This document shows, piece after piece, positions 19,191 to 29,113 of a DNA stretch of 64,000 nucleotides. Within the stretch, counting starts at the first letter, position 1. Every line of letters starts with the position of its first letter. Source of the DNA: Bacteroidales bacterium. GTDB taxonomy: Bacteria; Bacteroidota; Bacteroidia; Bacteroidales; GCA-2748055. The stretch is from positions 43,747-107,746 of the forward strand of contig JAIOZM010000001.1 of the NCBI GenBank assembly GCA_021740585.1, in the 5' to 3' direction. The notes under the pieces were generated by a model. The model was not told the origin of the DNA. It saw nothing but the letters and a program-made list of their open reading frames with translations, and did no database searches. The position numbers were made by a program, and so were the translations under genes.

Positions 19191-19993
19191 TATTCTACCT
19201 CCAGTAAAATTTGAGAACCTTCAATAGCTGTATTATTTCCGTAGTCCATTAAAAAAGCCAGAGCGTAGGTTCCGGGTTCAATTTTTCTAGGCAAAGTAAG
19301 GCTAACTTTCCTTTCAAAACCAGGATAAACAGATACTGTTTGGGGAGTAAACTGTTCTTCTGAAGCAGTTTCGAGATTAGCCAGCGCTAAGAATATTTTT
19401 GCGTTGATCACTTTATCACCCAGATTAACAATAACGGCTTCATAATGTCTTAACTCATCGTCCGGCTTGGTAATATCAATTAAATCCTTAATACTGGCTT
19501 TGTAATTTTGGTTAGCACGTGGACTTTGGTTTACAAGAACCACAATACGAGGAACAATAATAACACCTGTAGCGAGCTGTTTATCTGCTGCTGAAGGAAC
19601 CTGTTCTTTAGCGAGCTGAACCCGAATCATTCCCCACCTTGTATTATATCCATCCCTTGGAACATTCATTATTAACTCAACTTCCGCGCTCTCATTAGGG
19701 TTTAGTTCGACTAATGATGGATTTATGTTTATCCAGTTGAACAGAGTTCGGGAAGAGCTTCCAGCCTCCATTTGTGATTTTCCACCATCTGGGCTTGGTT
19801 CATAGTCAGAAAGGCTAAGAATAAATTTTTGTCTTTCAGGATTGTGATTTCTAATGGTGAGTATTTTAGACTGGGATTCTCCGGGGTTAGCATCAAAGTT
19901 TATCAATACAGGTGCCACTTCAAAATCCTGACCTGATAATGACAATAAAGAGAGAAAAAAAATATTTGTTAATAAAATATAAACTTTTTTCAT
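19190..19993 (-). CDS. Periplasmic two-domain Ig-fold protein, putative PapD/DUF916-like assembly chaperone
   Basis: Trimmed to ATG 19993 (MKKVYILLTNIFFLSLLSLSGQ). DFEVAPVLINFDANPGESQSKILTIRNHNPERQKFILSL ... INPSLVELNPNESAEVELIMNVP shows the strand pattern of pilus-chaperone/MSP-like Ig domains. A second beta domain follows. The assignment is by pattern only. Confidence 0.4.
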   Translation of the reverse strand: MKKVYILLTNIFFLSLLSLSGQDFEVAPVLINFDANPGESQSKILTIRNHNPERQKFILSLSDYEPSPDGGKSQMEAGSSSRTLFNWININPSLVELNPNESAEVELIMNVPRDGYNTRWGMIRVQLAKEQVPSAADKQLATGVIIVPRIVVLVNQSPRANQNYKASIKDLIDITKPDDELRHYEAVIVNLGDKVINAKIFLALANLETASEEQFTPQTVSVYPGFERKVSLTLPRKIEPGTYALAFLMDYGNNTAIEGSQILLEVE

Positions 19994-20208
19994 ACTAATT
20001 TGGTTGTTAACATGAAGTAAATGAGGAACAAATGAAAATATTTTGATTGAAGATTTATAAAAAATAATATTTTTAGTCAATGAAATGTAACCTTTAGTAA
20101 TCAAATATCGTTACAACGTCAAAATTAACCATGTAAGGAATTATTAAATTTTTCTTCGTTTCAAAATTAAAAAAAAATTGGGATTATTAATTTATTAAAT
20201 TTAAAAGT

Positions 20209-20910
20209 ATGAAAAAGAATGTAGTTTTATTATTAGCAATTATGTTTACTGGTAGTCTGTTTGCACAGGCTGTAAAAGACAGACAAGTTATCCCTGTAGC
20301 TGTTACTTTGAATCAGGTTTTAAGAATGACCATAACCAACGGTGGAAATATAGAATTTGTTTTTAACTCTATTGATGATTATAGGGATGGTTTATCAGCT
20401 GTTGTTGGAGCCGCCAACCCACTAGCTTCAATAGGTTTTTATCAAACTGATTTTACTGTTGCTTCTTCAACCCGTTGGTTAATTAACTATGGTTCTGAAC
20501 AAGCTACATTTATTGGAACCGACAATCCGGGAAATCAGCTTGCTTTAGACAATGTAGGTTTTTCTATCACTAATTCTGGCACTAATACTTTTGATCCTGT
20601 TGCAAAGGGTAATACAGCAGGTAGTCAACTCTGGAGTGCTTCTACTGCTGGCGCAACTGAAGTTGCAGCTCTTGAAGTTTATCCGGTTGTGTTAATTGAA
20701 GATAACGATGACGTTGAGGTTGCTGGTGTTGGTGGTGCTAACGCTGGTGATGGTACTGACAATTCCTTCAGTCTTTTATGGAGATGTGGAACAGGTGAAG
20801 ATGCTGGTACTGTACCTATGAGCACGGAATCAATACTTAATCAAAGTCCAAGTCCAAACCCAGATAGGTATGTAACAAACGTTCTTTTTGAATTGGCAGT
20901 AGATAATTAG
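20209..20910 (+). CDS. Secreted beta-rich putative fibre subunit A
   Basis: Signal peptide MKKNVVLLLAIMFTGSLFAQA. The protein is Gly/Thr/Asn/Ala rich and has no Cys except in LLWRCGTGE. It is paralogous to the next gene (NIEFVFNSIDDYRDGL vs SIPFNFNSIEKYEKGI; LALDNVGFSITN vs LSLDKIRVRADN). Confidence 0.5.
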   Translation: MKKNVVLLLAIMFTGSLFAQAVKDRQVIPVAVTLNQVLRMTITNGGNIEFVFNSIDDYRDGLSAVVGAANPLASIGFYQTDFTVASSTRWLINYGSEQATFIGTDNPGNQLALDNVGFSITNSGTNTFDPVAKGNTAGSQLWSASTAGATEVAALEVYPVVLIEDNDDVEVAGVGGANAGDGTDNSFSLLWRCGTGEDAGTVPMSTESILNQSPSPNPDRYVTNVLFELAVDN

Positions 20911-20936
20911 AAGATCCTATTAGAATATTTTCTTTA

Positions 20937-20965
20937 GAAATAGTCAACTTATCGTTGACTATTTC
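20937..20965 (+). terminator. Rho-independent terminator/attenuator between subunit genes A and B
   Basis: Perfect 12-bp stem gaaatagtcaac / gttgactatttc with loop ttatc, followed by tattttta. Confidence 0.7.
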
Positions 20966-20996
20966 TATTTTTACATTTTGTGTCTTAAATCATAAA

Positions 20997-21461
20997 ATGA
21001 AAAAGCCATTATTTATCGTTTTCGTTATTTTTATTATGTGCTCGGCTTACGGCCAGGAGTGGAATTATGCGAGACTTTCTGTTTTGTATGGTGGAAGCAT
21101 TCCATTTAATTTTAATTCAATCGAGAAATATGAAAAGGGAATTGAAATTTTGGATGGTACCATTTTGGGGATTACGCTTGCAGATTCCTCAGCTTTAGGC
21201 ACCATATTGGAGGGATTTGTTTTAAATATCAGGACTTTCAATGGAGCCACTGAAATTTTGGGGGATGTAAGTACGCTTAGTCTGGACAAAATTAGAGTTA
21301 GGGCCGATAATTATTTAGGACTTGGTGCTGGAACGTCATATGGATACCAGGATTTAAGTGCTGTTTGGAATGCCATATTTTCATATTCTAATTTATCATT
21401 TACCGATTTAACTTGGGATAGTCACCAATTAAGTATATCATATGGTGCGGAAAGCCATTAA
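20997..21461 (+). CDS. Secreted putative fibre subunit B (apparently frameshifted; homologous C-terminus continues in the -1 frame to 21556)
   Basis: Trimmed to ATG 20997 (MKKPLFIVFVIFIMCSAYGQ). Paralogue of subunit A. See the frameshift finding. Confidence 0.5.
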   Translation: MKKPLFIVFVIFIMCSAYGQEWNYARLSVLYGGSIPFNFNSIEKYEKGIEILDGTILGITLADSSALGTILEGFVLNIRTFNGATEILGDVSTLSLDKIRVRADNYLGLGAGTSYGYQDLSAVWNAIFSYSNLSFTDLTWDSHQLSISYGAESH

Positions 21462-21839
21462 TTGAAGGGGGAAATGGTTCAATGCTTGGGGAGGAACCGG
21501 ATTATTATACTGTTGAAATAGAAATAGAAATTGTCCCAACAGGGCTTGGCTTTTAATAAGAGAGATTTTCATTTTGTGAAGCAAAACTAAATAAGTGGAT
21601 TTATGCTGAATATTGTTCAGTACTAATCCCAAGCGAAGACGCAGGAATTATTGGCTTATATTATCTGTCTTTATACAGGCAGGCTCGTCATTGGATCGGA
21701 AAAAATACAATCCATCAAGATACTTCCTCACTTCTCGGTTGGGGCTTCATTTTTTTGATGGAATAATATGACAATAAATTATAATAAGTAAATAATTGTG
21801 TTAAAACCCTGGTTCAATATCGATAGTAATAGGTGTTGG

Positions 21840-24800
21840 ATGTACTTATTTGGCGGATATTACAGGGAATCTCCATTAATTTCTTCATCAAACATTAGCG
21901 AGTTATCTGCAAGATTATCCTCTATACAGCTTAGTTTATCTCATAGCCTTTCCAATAAATTCTTTATTTTTGTTTTTCTATTTTTCTCTTTCCCCAATCT
22001 TTTATTTTCCCAATCTCAGGTTGAAGAAAGTGAAGTGTTAATTTCCTTTGCAAAAAAAAGTGTAATCCTACCTCAATCATCTACATTTTTTAATGTTGTT
22101 ATTATTGAAAACAAAGGTAGTGAAGTTCTCTCTGGAACTGTCGTGTTTAATAAGCCCAGTCCATGGTCTTTTATCGGCAGTCCTGAGTTTGATGTATCTA
22201 TTGAACCGGGGAAGAAGGAATATTATCCGGTGAGAGTTGGTATTCCAAGGAACACCATTGGCGGAGTGTCATTCATAGTTCAGGTTGAGCTTTTAACTAA
22301 AACTAGCACGTATTCTACGATTTCTTATGTTTCAATTGAAAAGAATTCTCATTGGGATATGAAAGTTCTCAATACTAACCTTTATTTGAGCGATTTCAGG
22401 CCTGTTGGTGACTTTGATCTTAAGCTTGAAAATACTGGGAATTCAAAAGAAATGATAAAGCTTAATTTTGATATTGGACAATTGTTACAGTTCAAAACTT
22501 TTATTGAAGCTGATAGCATTTTGTTTATTGAACTGCCAGCCTATTCAGATACAACAATTAAATTTGAGGTTTTTAGAAGAAAGGATCTTTCTTATGCAGA
22601 AATCAGAACTCAAATCACTAATTGGAAATCAACAAGTATATATATTGAGGCCTCCACTCCATACTATAAGACTTATGCCGGATTAAGAGTTATTCCTCTT
22701 GAAAGCAAGATTATTAATGATACGCCTATTAGAAATTCACCGTTAAATGTGGATATGACGCTATATAATTTATTATCCTTTCAGAAACCTAAAGCAGCAC
22801 TTAAATTACATGGAAAATTAATATTTCCTGAAAACCAACAGTTACAATACTCCTTTGGGATAAACAGCCTTTATTTTAATAAGGATCTTTATCAAAACTT
22901 TGATTTAGCTCAACAAATGCGCTATATGGTAAGGTACAATGACTCCAAAACTCAGGTAATGCTCGGTGATAGGCTTGGAGTGGGGAGTTTACATACTATG
23001 TCGGGTAATGCCTTAAAAGCTCAACATTCTCTCGATGCTAACCAGTTGGTAAGCTTAAATTTAGTCCAGAATCCATATGGATCAAGTTTTGGTTCTTTTT
23101 TAGGTTATAGGACAAGGATTGGCAGAACAGGGGTAAACACAGGGGTCACTCTTGAATCTGCGAATAGATCAAATGCAAATTATTATACTTTTCATTTGGG
23201 CGGAACTTATAATTTCTTGAAGCATCATACTTTACAATTGCAAACTGCGACCAGCTTGAATAATTTTTCTAAAGGGGCATTTCTTCAAAATGATACAACA
23301 ACAATTGGATTTGCCTATAGAGCAAGTTATCATTATAGTAACGAAAAGTTTAAATTCCGGATTGATAATACCAATACTACATTCACTCAACTAAAAAATT
23401 CAGGAAGAAATTTTATTAATACTGATTTGTATTATCAGATCAATTCAAAGAGTCGTTTTTTGGGAAGGTATTACAGAAGTTCTTATTTATCGAACCTATA
23501 TCCCTATAGTTTCTACTTCTCAGGAAATAGCTCGAGAAATGAAAATGGGCGGCTTTTGTATTCATATTCCGATGGAAAAATGGTCTATAATATGGGTGCT
23601 CAGTTTTCTGGGGCAATGAGAAATTCCTACAATCAAGCAACAGATTTTTCAACGAAATATACTAATTATCAACCGGGCTTGATAGGCTCGGTTACATTTC
23701 GTTTGGGGGGTATGAGAAACATTACTCCTAATATAGCTATAAATTCGATGTACTTTAATTACAATACAAATATAGAAGGTGATGAGCCCTATAGTATTTC
23801 TGGCAGATTGCATTACACTGTTGGACTAAGTTATTTTGATCAAGCTTTCAGAATAAATGCCTATTATAGTAGTGGCGATGCATCTGAAATATACCGGAGT
23901 GCTGTTTCTGATGAAGAACCAGCTATAGGGCAAGCAGTGCAAATAAGACCTAGTTATGAACGATATTTTAAAGATGATAAAATAAGGCTGAATGTCTATT
24001 ATAATTATTCATATTTTATACCCTCTTTGAGGGAAAATACCGTCCTCAATATTACTTCAAATTTTATGATGGACAAAGGATGGAGTGTTTATGGTAGTTT
24101 AAATTTGTTCAAGAATTCCAGAAATGACAATGACTATGGAAGAGTAATCACGAGAGATCTCAATCTAATGTTAGGATTTCGGAAAGCTTTCGATATTCAG
24201 CAGCCAGGAATGAAGTATTATAATGTAGCAGTCATAGGTTTTAATGATCAGGATGGGGATGGCGTTAAAGATGATGATGAGAAACCCGTGTCAAATGTTT
24301 TGATCAATTTAAAAAGGGATCCAAAGAAAAATAAGGAGGACAAGGCCTTATTCCAGGAAACAAAACTTGTTACTGATCCTAATGGGGAGATCTTTTACGG
24401 GAAAATGCCCGGGGGCGTTTATGATCTTGAAATTACACCACTTACTAACCTGGAGGATCTTTTTTTTCTCGATGGCAGGAATCAACAAATGACATCAGAT
24501 GAAGATAAGATTCATTATTTACCCTTGGTGGAGAGTTATAAAGTCAGAGGTAAGATAATTGTAGACAGAGACCCGAATAGTACACATGGAAGAATTAATC
24601 TGGAAGGAATAAGAGTTTCAGGTACAGCAGAGAACGGATCAAGCTATTCAACTCTCACAAATAGTAATGGTCAATATGTTTTGAACTTACCAAAAGCAAA
24701 TATTTATACAATTAAGATTTATAATGTCTTCGGTGAAACTTTTATGTTGCAAAAAGGAGAATTTGAAGTTCAATTTATGGAAGACAAGGCCCTAAATATT

Positions 24801-24884
24801 GATTTTCAATTTACTGAACAAAAAAGAGAAATCAAATTTAAAGAAGGTCAGCAACTATTTGATTTTCAAATTGATAAGAAATAA
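21840..24884 (+). CDS. Large outer-membrane protein: 2 Ig-like (CARDB/NEW3-like) domains + ~550-aa beta-barrel region + 2 Cna-B/SdrD-like C-terminal domains; putative usher-like pore
   Basis: The first ATG is at 21840; the track start at 21798 is GTG. A hydrophobic segment FFIFVFLFFSFPNLLFSQ is present. The middle region is rich in alternating Y/N/S/G strands (YYTFHLGGTYNF, IGFAYRASYHYS, LNVYYNYSYF). The C-terminus has GFNDQDGDGVKDDDEKPVSNVLINL ... GGVYDLEI and GIRVSGT..NGSSYSTLTNSNGQYVLNLP. Confidence 0.5.
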   Translation: MYLFGGYYRESPLISSSNISELSARLSSIQLSLSHSLSNKFFIFVFLFFSFPNLLFSQSQVEESEVLISFAKKSVILPQSSTFFNVVIIENKGSEVLSGTVVFNKPSPWSFIGSPEFDVSIEPGKKEYYPVRVGIPRNTIGGVSFIVQVELLTKTSTYSTISYVSIEKNSHWDMKVLNTNLYLSDFRPVGDFDLKLENTGNSKEMIKLNFDIGQLLQFKTFIEADSILFIELPAYSDTTIKFEVFRRKDLSYAEIRTQITNWKSTSIYIEASTPYYKTYAGLRVIPLESKIINDTPIRNSPLNVDMTLYNLLSFQKPKAALKLHGKLIFPENQQLQYSFGINSLYFNKDLYQNFDLAQQMRYMVRYNDSKTQVMLGDRLGVGSLHTMSGNALKAQHSLDANQLVSLNLVQNPYGSSFGSFLGYRTRIGRTGVNTGVTLESANRSNANYYTFHLGGTYNFLKHHTLQLQTATSLNNFSKGAFLQNDTTTIGFAYRASYHYSNEKFKFRIDNTNTTFTQLKNSGRNFINTDLYYQINSKSRFLGRYYRSSYLSNLYPYSFYFSGNSSRNENGRLLYSYSDGKMVYNMGAQFSGAMRNSYNQATDFSTKYTNYQPGLIGSVTFRLGGMRNITPNIAINSMYFNYNTNIEGDEPYSISGRLHYTVGLSYFDQAFRINAYYSSGDASEIYRSAVSDEEPAIGQAVQIRPSYERYFKDDKIRLNVYYNYSYFIPSLRENTVLNITSNFMMDKGWSVYGSLNLFKNSRNDNDYGRVITRDLNLMLGFRKAFDIQQPGMKYYNVAVIGFNDQDGDGVKDDDEKPVSNVLINLKRDPKKNKEDKALFQETKLVTDPNGEIFYGKMPGGVYDLEITPLTNLEDLFFLDGRNQQMTSDEDKIHYLPLVESYKVRGKIIVDRDPNSTHGRINLEGIRVSGTAENGSSYSTLTNSNGQYVLNLPKANIYTIKIYNVFGETFMLQKGEFEVQFMEDKALNIDFQFTEQKREIKFKEGQQLFDFQIDKK

Positions 24885-24915
24885 AACTCTTAATAAAAAT
24901 TATTCGCCTTTCATA

Positions 24916-25953
24916 TTACTCCTGAGGCATTCCGCCTATGGAAATTAGTTGGTAACCTTTGGTTGATAGTGTGGCAGATTGATTTTCATTCACCTCCTTA
25001 ACCAGCATATAGACACGGTCCTGAGAATTTTTATCCTGTTGATCCATTTCCATAACAAATCCGCCATAAAAACCCATAGCGTTACCAGACATAACGTTAG
25101 CGCTGAACATATTCGCCCATAAATCGGCAGGCAACTGATCGGTCATCCACATTTGAACATTGGTTTCTTCGTCCTCGTAAATGTATTCATCGCATTTATA
25201 TCCTGCGATAGTTTTTGATTTTCCTGTTTTTTTCATTCCTTCCCGATACTCGCTATAATCTGTTACCTCATCTGTTTCAGAATTTTCATCAGCATTTTCA
25301 ACAGCCTCTGTCATTTTCTCTGCCATTCCAGCGTATTCGGTAACCATTCCAGACTTTGTTTCGCCATCGTCGCTGAGGATAATCATCTTTTCATTTTTAT
25401 AGTCGAATATCATCACTGCTTTTTCTTTATTTTCCTCTTTAAATTCCATGGCAAAACCAGAGTTATCTTTAGTTATAAATGATTTGTATTCAACAATACC
25501 TTCGGTTTTCCCCTTATCATCCCACGACTGGACATTCATAAGTATATTACCTGAATAATCGTAGGTTTCATTAACATTAACCGGGGCCATATTTATACCC
25601 ATAGCCTTAAGCATGGCATTTGCACGGGCATCGTCGGAGGAAGAACCCGATCCTTTGGGTGGTGTTGAACTTTGGTTATTTGTTGAGTTAACAGAGTCAG
25701 CATTTGAATCTGAGTTTTCTGTCCCGGGATTTGCTTCTTTTTTTTCGTCGCCAAACAAATTATTAAAGACTTTTTCCACCCCTTTATCCACTTCTTTATT
25801 CATTTCTTTGGTAACCTTTTCATCCGATTTTTGTCCAGCTCGTTGGCTTGCCTGTTTTGCTTTATTCATTAAATAATTTCCGGCTTGAGCCTGGATTTGG
25901 AACAATACAGACGATAATATTATTATACTAAGGAGACTGAGGAACTTTTTCAT
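24916..25953 (-). CDS. Secreted DUF4412-like protein with low-complexity linker
   Basis: Signal peptide. A K/E/S/N-rich region is followed by KTIAGYKCDEYIYEDEETNVQMWMTDQLPADLW, as I recall for DUF4412. Confidence 0.45.
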   Translation of the reverse strand: MKKFLSLLSIIILSSVLFQIQAQAGNYLMNKAKQASQRAGQKSDEKVTKEMNKEVDKGVEKVFNNLFGDEKKEANPGTENSDSNADSVNSTNNQSSTPPKGSGSSSDDARANAMLKAMGINMAPVNVNETYDYSGNILMNVQSWDDKGKTEGIVEYKSFITKDNSGFAMEFKEENKEKAVMIFDYKNEKMIILSDDGETKSGMVTEYAGMAEKMTEAVENADENSETDEVTDYSEYREGMKKTGKSKTIAGYKCDEYIYEDEETNVQMWMTDQLPADLWANMFSANVMSGNAMGFYGGFVMEMDQQDKNSQDRVYMLVKEVNENQSATLSTKGYQLISIGGMPQE

Positions 25954-26163
25954 AATAGAAAAGTTTTTAGGGTTAGGTGAGAAAGATTAATAATCAAAAT
26001 TAGTTGAATTGCATATAAATTTATGCAATAAAGTTTATATTTTGACTAATTATATACAATAATGGATAAAAGATAATGGCAAGGGTATTATTTTAACAGG
26101 TGTGGGCATTTGAGTTTTTATTGGAATTTTGAAATGCTATTGTATTTGTCAGATATTTTTTTA

Positions 26164-26203
26164 TTTTAGACCTCGGAGGTTTATAGACCTCCGAGGTCTA
26201 AAA
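26164..26203. terminator. Perfect 17-bp stem hairpin downstream of the 26220..26771 gene
   Basis: ttttagacctcggaggt (26164-26180) and acctccgaggtctaaaa (26187-26203), with loop ttatag. The T run is on the 5' side and the A run on the 3' side of both strands, so it is not a textbook intrinsic terminator. Confidence 0.45.
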
Positions 26204-26219
26204 AAATAATCTAAACTTT

Positions 26220-26771
26220 CTACCCATACTTCCCCAATCCCCTTAAAACCATCCTGCCCCTGGATTTAAACCCCACAGAATTTCTTTCCCATTGATCTTC
26301 AATTACCTCTCTTAACTCATAAGCCAATTCGGGATAAAGTTTTAAGTGATTTTCAATAATTTGCATAGCATAAACCTTTATCGCTACCGGTTGATCATTG
26401 CCCGATAACCATTGAAAGCAAATGTCGATCAAAGGGCCCTGAAGTTTTTCCGGGATTTCGGTTCTCATTAATATTTTCAGTGCATTTCTACGACTCCCGG
26501 GATGTGTGAAACCGGGCAATTTTTTAACGATTTGCTTAAGATATGGCTGTATCAGTTCCGGATAAATGGAGCTCACAATTTCAGCTACCCATGCAGCTTT
26601 TTGAGGAAAAGGATCTTCTCCATCAAGATAAATATTCATCAGGACAGCAAATTTTTCTTTATCACCGGATATTTCATGGGCGATATAATCTGCGTTGAAG
26701 CGAGAAGTTTCCTGCAAAAGTTGTTTGCGTATATCAAGCATATTTGAGAAACAGTATTGAGTAAGCGACAT
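26220..26771 (-). CDS. Hypothetical all-helical (HEAT/ARM-like) protein
   Basis: Clean 183-aa ORF with a helical repeat character. No motif that I recognise. Confidence 0.4.
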   Translation of the reverse strand: MSLTQYCFSNMLDIRKQLLQETSRFNADYIAHEISGDKEKFAVLMNIYLDGEDPFPQKAAWVAEIVSSIYPELIQPYLKQIVKKLPGFTHPGSRRNALKILMRTEIPEKLQGPLIDICFQWLSGNDQPVAIKVYAMQIIENHLKLYPELAYELREVIEDQWERNSVGFKSRGRMVLRGLGKYG

Positions 26772-26836
26772 GCTTATCTACATCCATTTGTGGTTTATCG
26801 CATCTCCGACCAATATGACTGTAAGCAAATGAAAAA

Positions 26837-28225
26837 CTAGCGTCCGATCATTTTCGACGGATCCACCCATTCATCAAATTCTTTTTCTGTTAAATATTTT
26901 AACTTGAGCGCAGCTTCTTTTAGAGTCAGATTTTCTTTATAAGCCTTTTTTGCAATTTCGGCGGCTTTTTCATAGCCAATATGAGTATTCAAAGCTGTAA
27001 CCAGCATTAAGGAATTATCAAGATTTTTCTTGAGATTAACTTTATTGGGCTCAATTCCAATGGCACAATTCTCATTAAACGACATGCAGGCATCACCGAT
27101 TAAGCGTGCTGATTCAAGGAAATTCTTAATCATCATGGGCTTGAATACATTCAACTCAAAATGTCCGTTGCTTCCTCCTATATTAATGGCAACATCATTA
27201 CCCATAACCTGAGCACATACCATTGTAAGAGCTTCTACCTGTGTTGGATTTACTTTCCCAGGCATAATTGATGACCCGGGTTCATTTGCCGGAATGGTTA
27301 TTTCGCCAATGCCACTGCGAGGTCCGGAGGATAAAACCCTGATATCATTGGCAATTTTCATTAGACTCACAGCCAGTGTTTTTAATGCTCCGGAGGCTTC
27401 AACTATGGCATCGTGAGCTGCAAGTGATTCGAATTTATTGGCTGCGGTAATGATAGGAAGCCCGGTTAATTCAGCAATTTTTTTGGCAACTAATTCTGAA
27501 TACCCTTTTGGTGTGTTTATTCCTGTTCCAACAGCCGTTCCTCCCAATGCAATTTCCGAAAGATGACTGAGTGTATTCTTTACAGCTTTAATTCCCCAAT
27601 TTAACTGAGCAACATAACCACTGAATTCTTGTCCTAAGGTCAATGGAGTTGCGTCCATCCAATGGGTACGACCTATTTTTACAATGGAATCAAAATCATT
27701 TGCTTTTTTCTTCAGTGTATCACGCAATACTTCAACCCCGGGAATGGTAACTTCTACAATCATTTTGTATGCAGCAATATGCATGGCTGTTGGGAAAGTG
27801 TCGTTTGAAGACTGCGATTTGTTGACGTCGTCGTTTGGGTGAATCAGGTTCTTACCTTCACCTAATTTGCCCCCATCCAACACATGTGCCCGGTTTGAAA
27901 TCACCTCATTAAGATTCATATTTGACTGAGTGCCTGATCCGGTTTGCCATACAACCAGTGGAAACTGATCGTCAAGCTTTCCTGCGAGAATTTCATCACA
28001 AACAGCAGCAATCAGGTCGGCTTTTTTCTTATCCAGAACACCCAATTCATAGTTGGTATAGGCAGCTGACTTTTTCAGATAAGCGAAAGCATAAATTATT
28101 TCTTTTGGCATTTGGCCATCACCAATTTTGAAATTATCTCTGGATCTTTGTGTTTGCGCTGCCCAATACTTGTCGGCAGGGACTTCCACCTGTCCCATGG
28201 TGTCTTTTTCAATGCGGTATTTCAT
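26837..28225 (-). CDS. fumC: Class II fumarate hydratase
   Basis: 462 aa. Contains the [13 protein letters not shown] signature and [16 protein letters not shown]. Confidence 0.95.
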   Translation of the reverse strand: MKYRIEKDTMGQVEVPADKYWAAQTQRSRDNFKIGDGQMPKEIIYAFAYLKKSAAYTNYELGVLDKKKADLIAAVCDEILAGKLDDQFPLVVWQTGSGTQSNMNLNEVISNRAHVLDGGKLGEGKNLIHPNDDVNKSQSSNDTFPTAMHIAAYKMIVEVTIPGVEVLRDTLKKKANDFDSIVKIGRTHWMDATPLTLGQEFSGYVAQLNWGIKAVKNTLSHLSEIALGGTAVGTGINTPKGYSELVAKKIAELTGLPIITAANKFESLAAHDAIVEASGALKTLAVSLMKIANDIRVLSSGPRSGIGEITIPANEPGSSIMPGKVNPTQVEALTMVCAQVMGNDVAINIGGSNGHFELNVFKPMMIKNFLESARLIGDACMSFNENCAIGIEPNKVNLKKNLDNSLMLVTALNTHIGYEKAAEIAKKAYKENLTLKEAALKLKYLTEKEFDEWVDPSKMIGR

Positions 28226-28264
28226 TGTAATATACTGTTTAGTTAGTTTCGTTTTTTAGAAAGA

Positions 28265-28744
28265 TTAGTTTGGAATATTTACAAAAACATGGCAAATATG
28301 GTATAAACCTTCAATGCTTTTGGAAACTCCAACTCCCGATTGTGTAAATTCACTTTCAACTAAAACCACAACAGAAGGAACGTTAAGCATGGCATTAACA
28401 ATAGAATCAGCATTTTCAATATTAGATGTCATAATAACATGACCATTGGAAGTGCCGCCCAAAAGAACAGAAAAATCATCAATGGCCGATTGAATTTCCG
28501 GGTCACCGTATTCATAGGTTCCATCGGCAAGCTTATTGCTTATTTTTCTGGCTTCTTCAAAATACAGGAATTGCTCCACCAAAGGGTTTAATCCCTTGGA
28601 TACTCTATATTCATTTATTTTGTTGTGAATTGCCCGTTCCACATTCGAAATACTATGAAAATTGTCGTCTTTTTTACATGATGGAAGGGAAAAGGATAAA
28701 ATGAAGATGGTCAGGAGCAGGCTTATTAAATATTTTTTTTTCAT
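28265..28744 (-). CDS. Lipoprotein with degenerate CAP/SCP (YkwD-like) domain (tentative)
   Basis: Lipobox LPSC. ERAIHNKINEYRVSKGLNPL ... SGVGVS resembles CAP-domain ends. Confidence 0.35.
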   Translation of the reverse strand: MKKKYLISLLLTIFILSFSLPSCKKDDNFHSISNVERAIHNKINEYRVSKGLNPLVEQFLYFEEARKISNKLADGTYEYGDPEIQSAIDDFSVLLGGTSNGHVIMTSNIENADSIVNAMLNVPSVVVLVESEFTQSGVGVSKSIEGLYHICHVFVNIPN

Positions 28745-28756
28745 GGGAATGTTATT

Positions 28757-29113
28757 TTAGCTTCTGTGATTAAATAATTGATTAATATTATCAGGCGGAT
28801 CGGCAAGAACGGCTTTTCCTTCCTTAATAACGATGGGGCGCTGCAGAAGTTTCGGATTCTCAGAAATACTTTTTATCAGAACTTCATCAGACAGTAGTTT
28901 CCCTTTCAGATTTTTTTTATAATATTCTTCCTGTGAGCGAATAATATCGAGAACAGAAAGCCCTGAAATCTTTAAAATAAATTTTATCTGTTCAATGCTG
29001 ATCCCTGTCTTTAAATAATCTATAACCTCAATATCCTCGTCAATAGAGCGCAAATACTCCAGGCCCTTGCGGCTTTTCTTACATCTAGGGTTATGATAAA
29101 TTTGCACGCTCAT
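28757..29113 (-). CDS. ArsC/Spx family thioredoxin-fold protein
   Basis: VQIYHNPRCKKSRKGLEYL at the N-terminus and LLQRPIV near the C-terminus. Confidence 0.75.
   Translation of the reverse strand: MSVQIYHNPRCKKSRKGLEYLRSIDEDIEVIDYLKTGISIEQIKFILKISGLSVLDIIRSQEEYYKKNLKGKLLSDEVLIKSISENPKLLQRPIVIKEGKAVLADPPDNINQLFNHRS

Noticed and set aside
21438-21632. 64-aa minus-strand ORF in the gap between subunit B and the large outer-membrane gene
   Set aside because: The same DNA on the plus strand encodes a tail homologous to subunit A in the -1 frame, which explains this stretch better.
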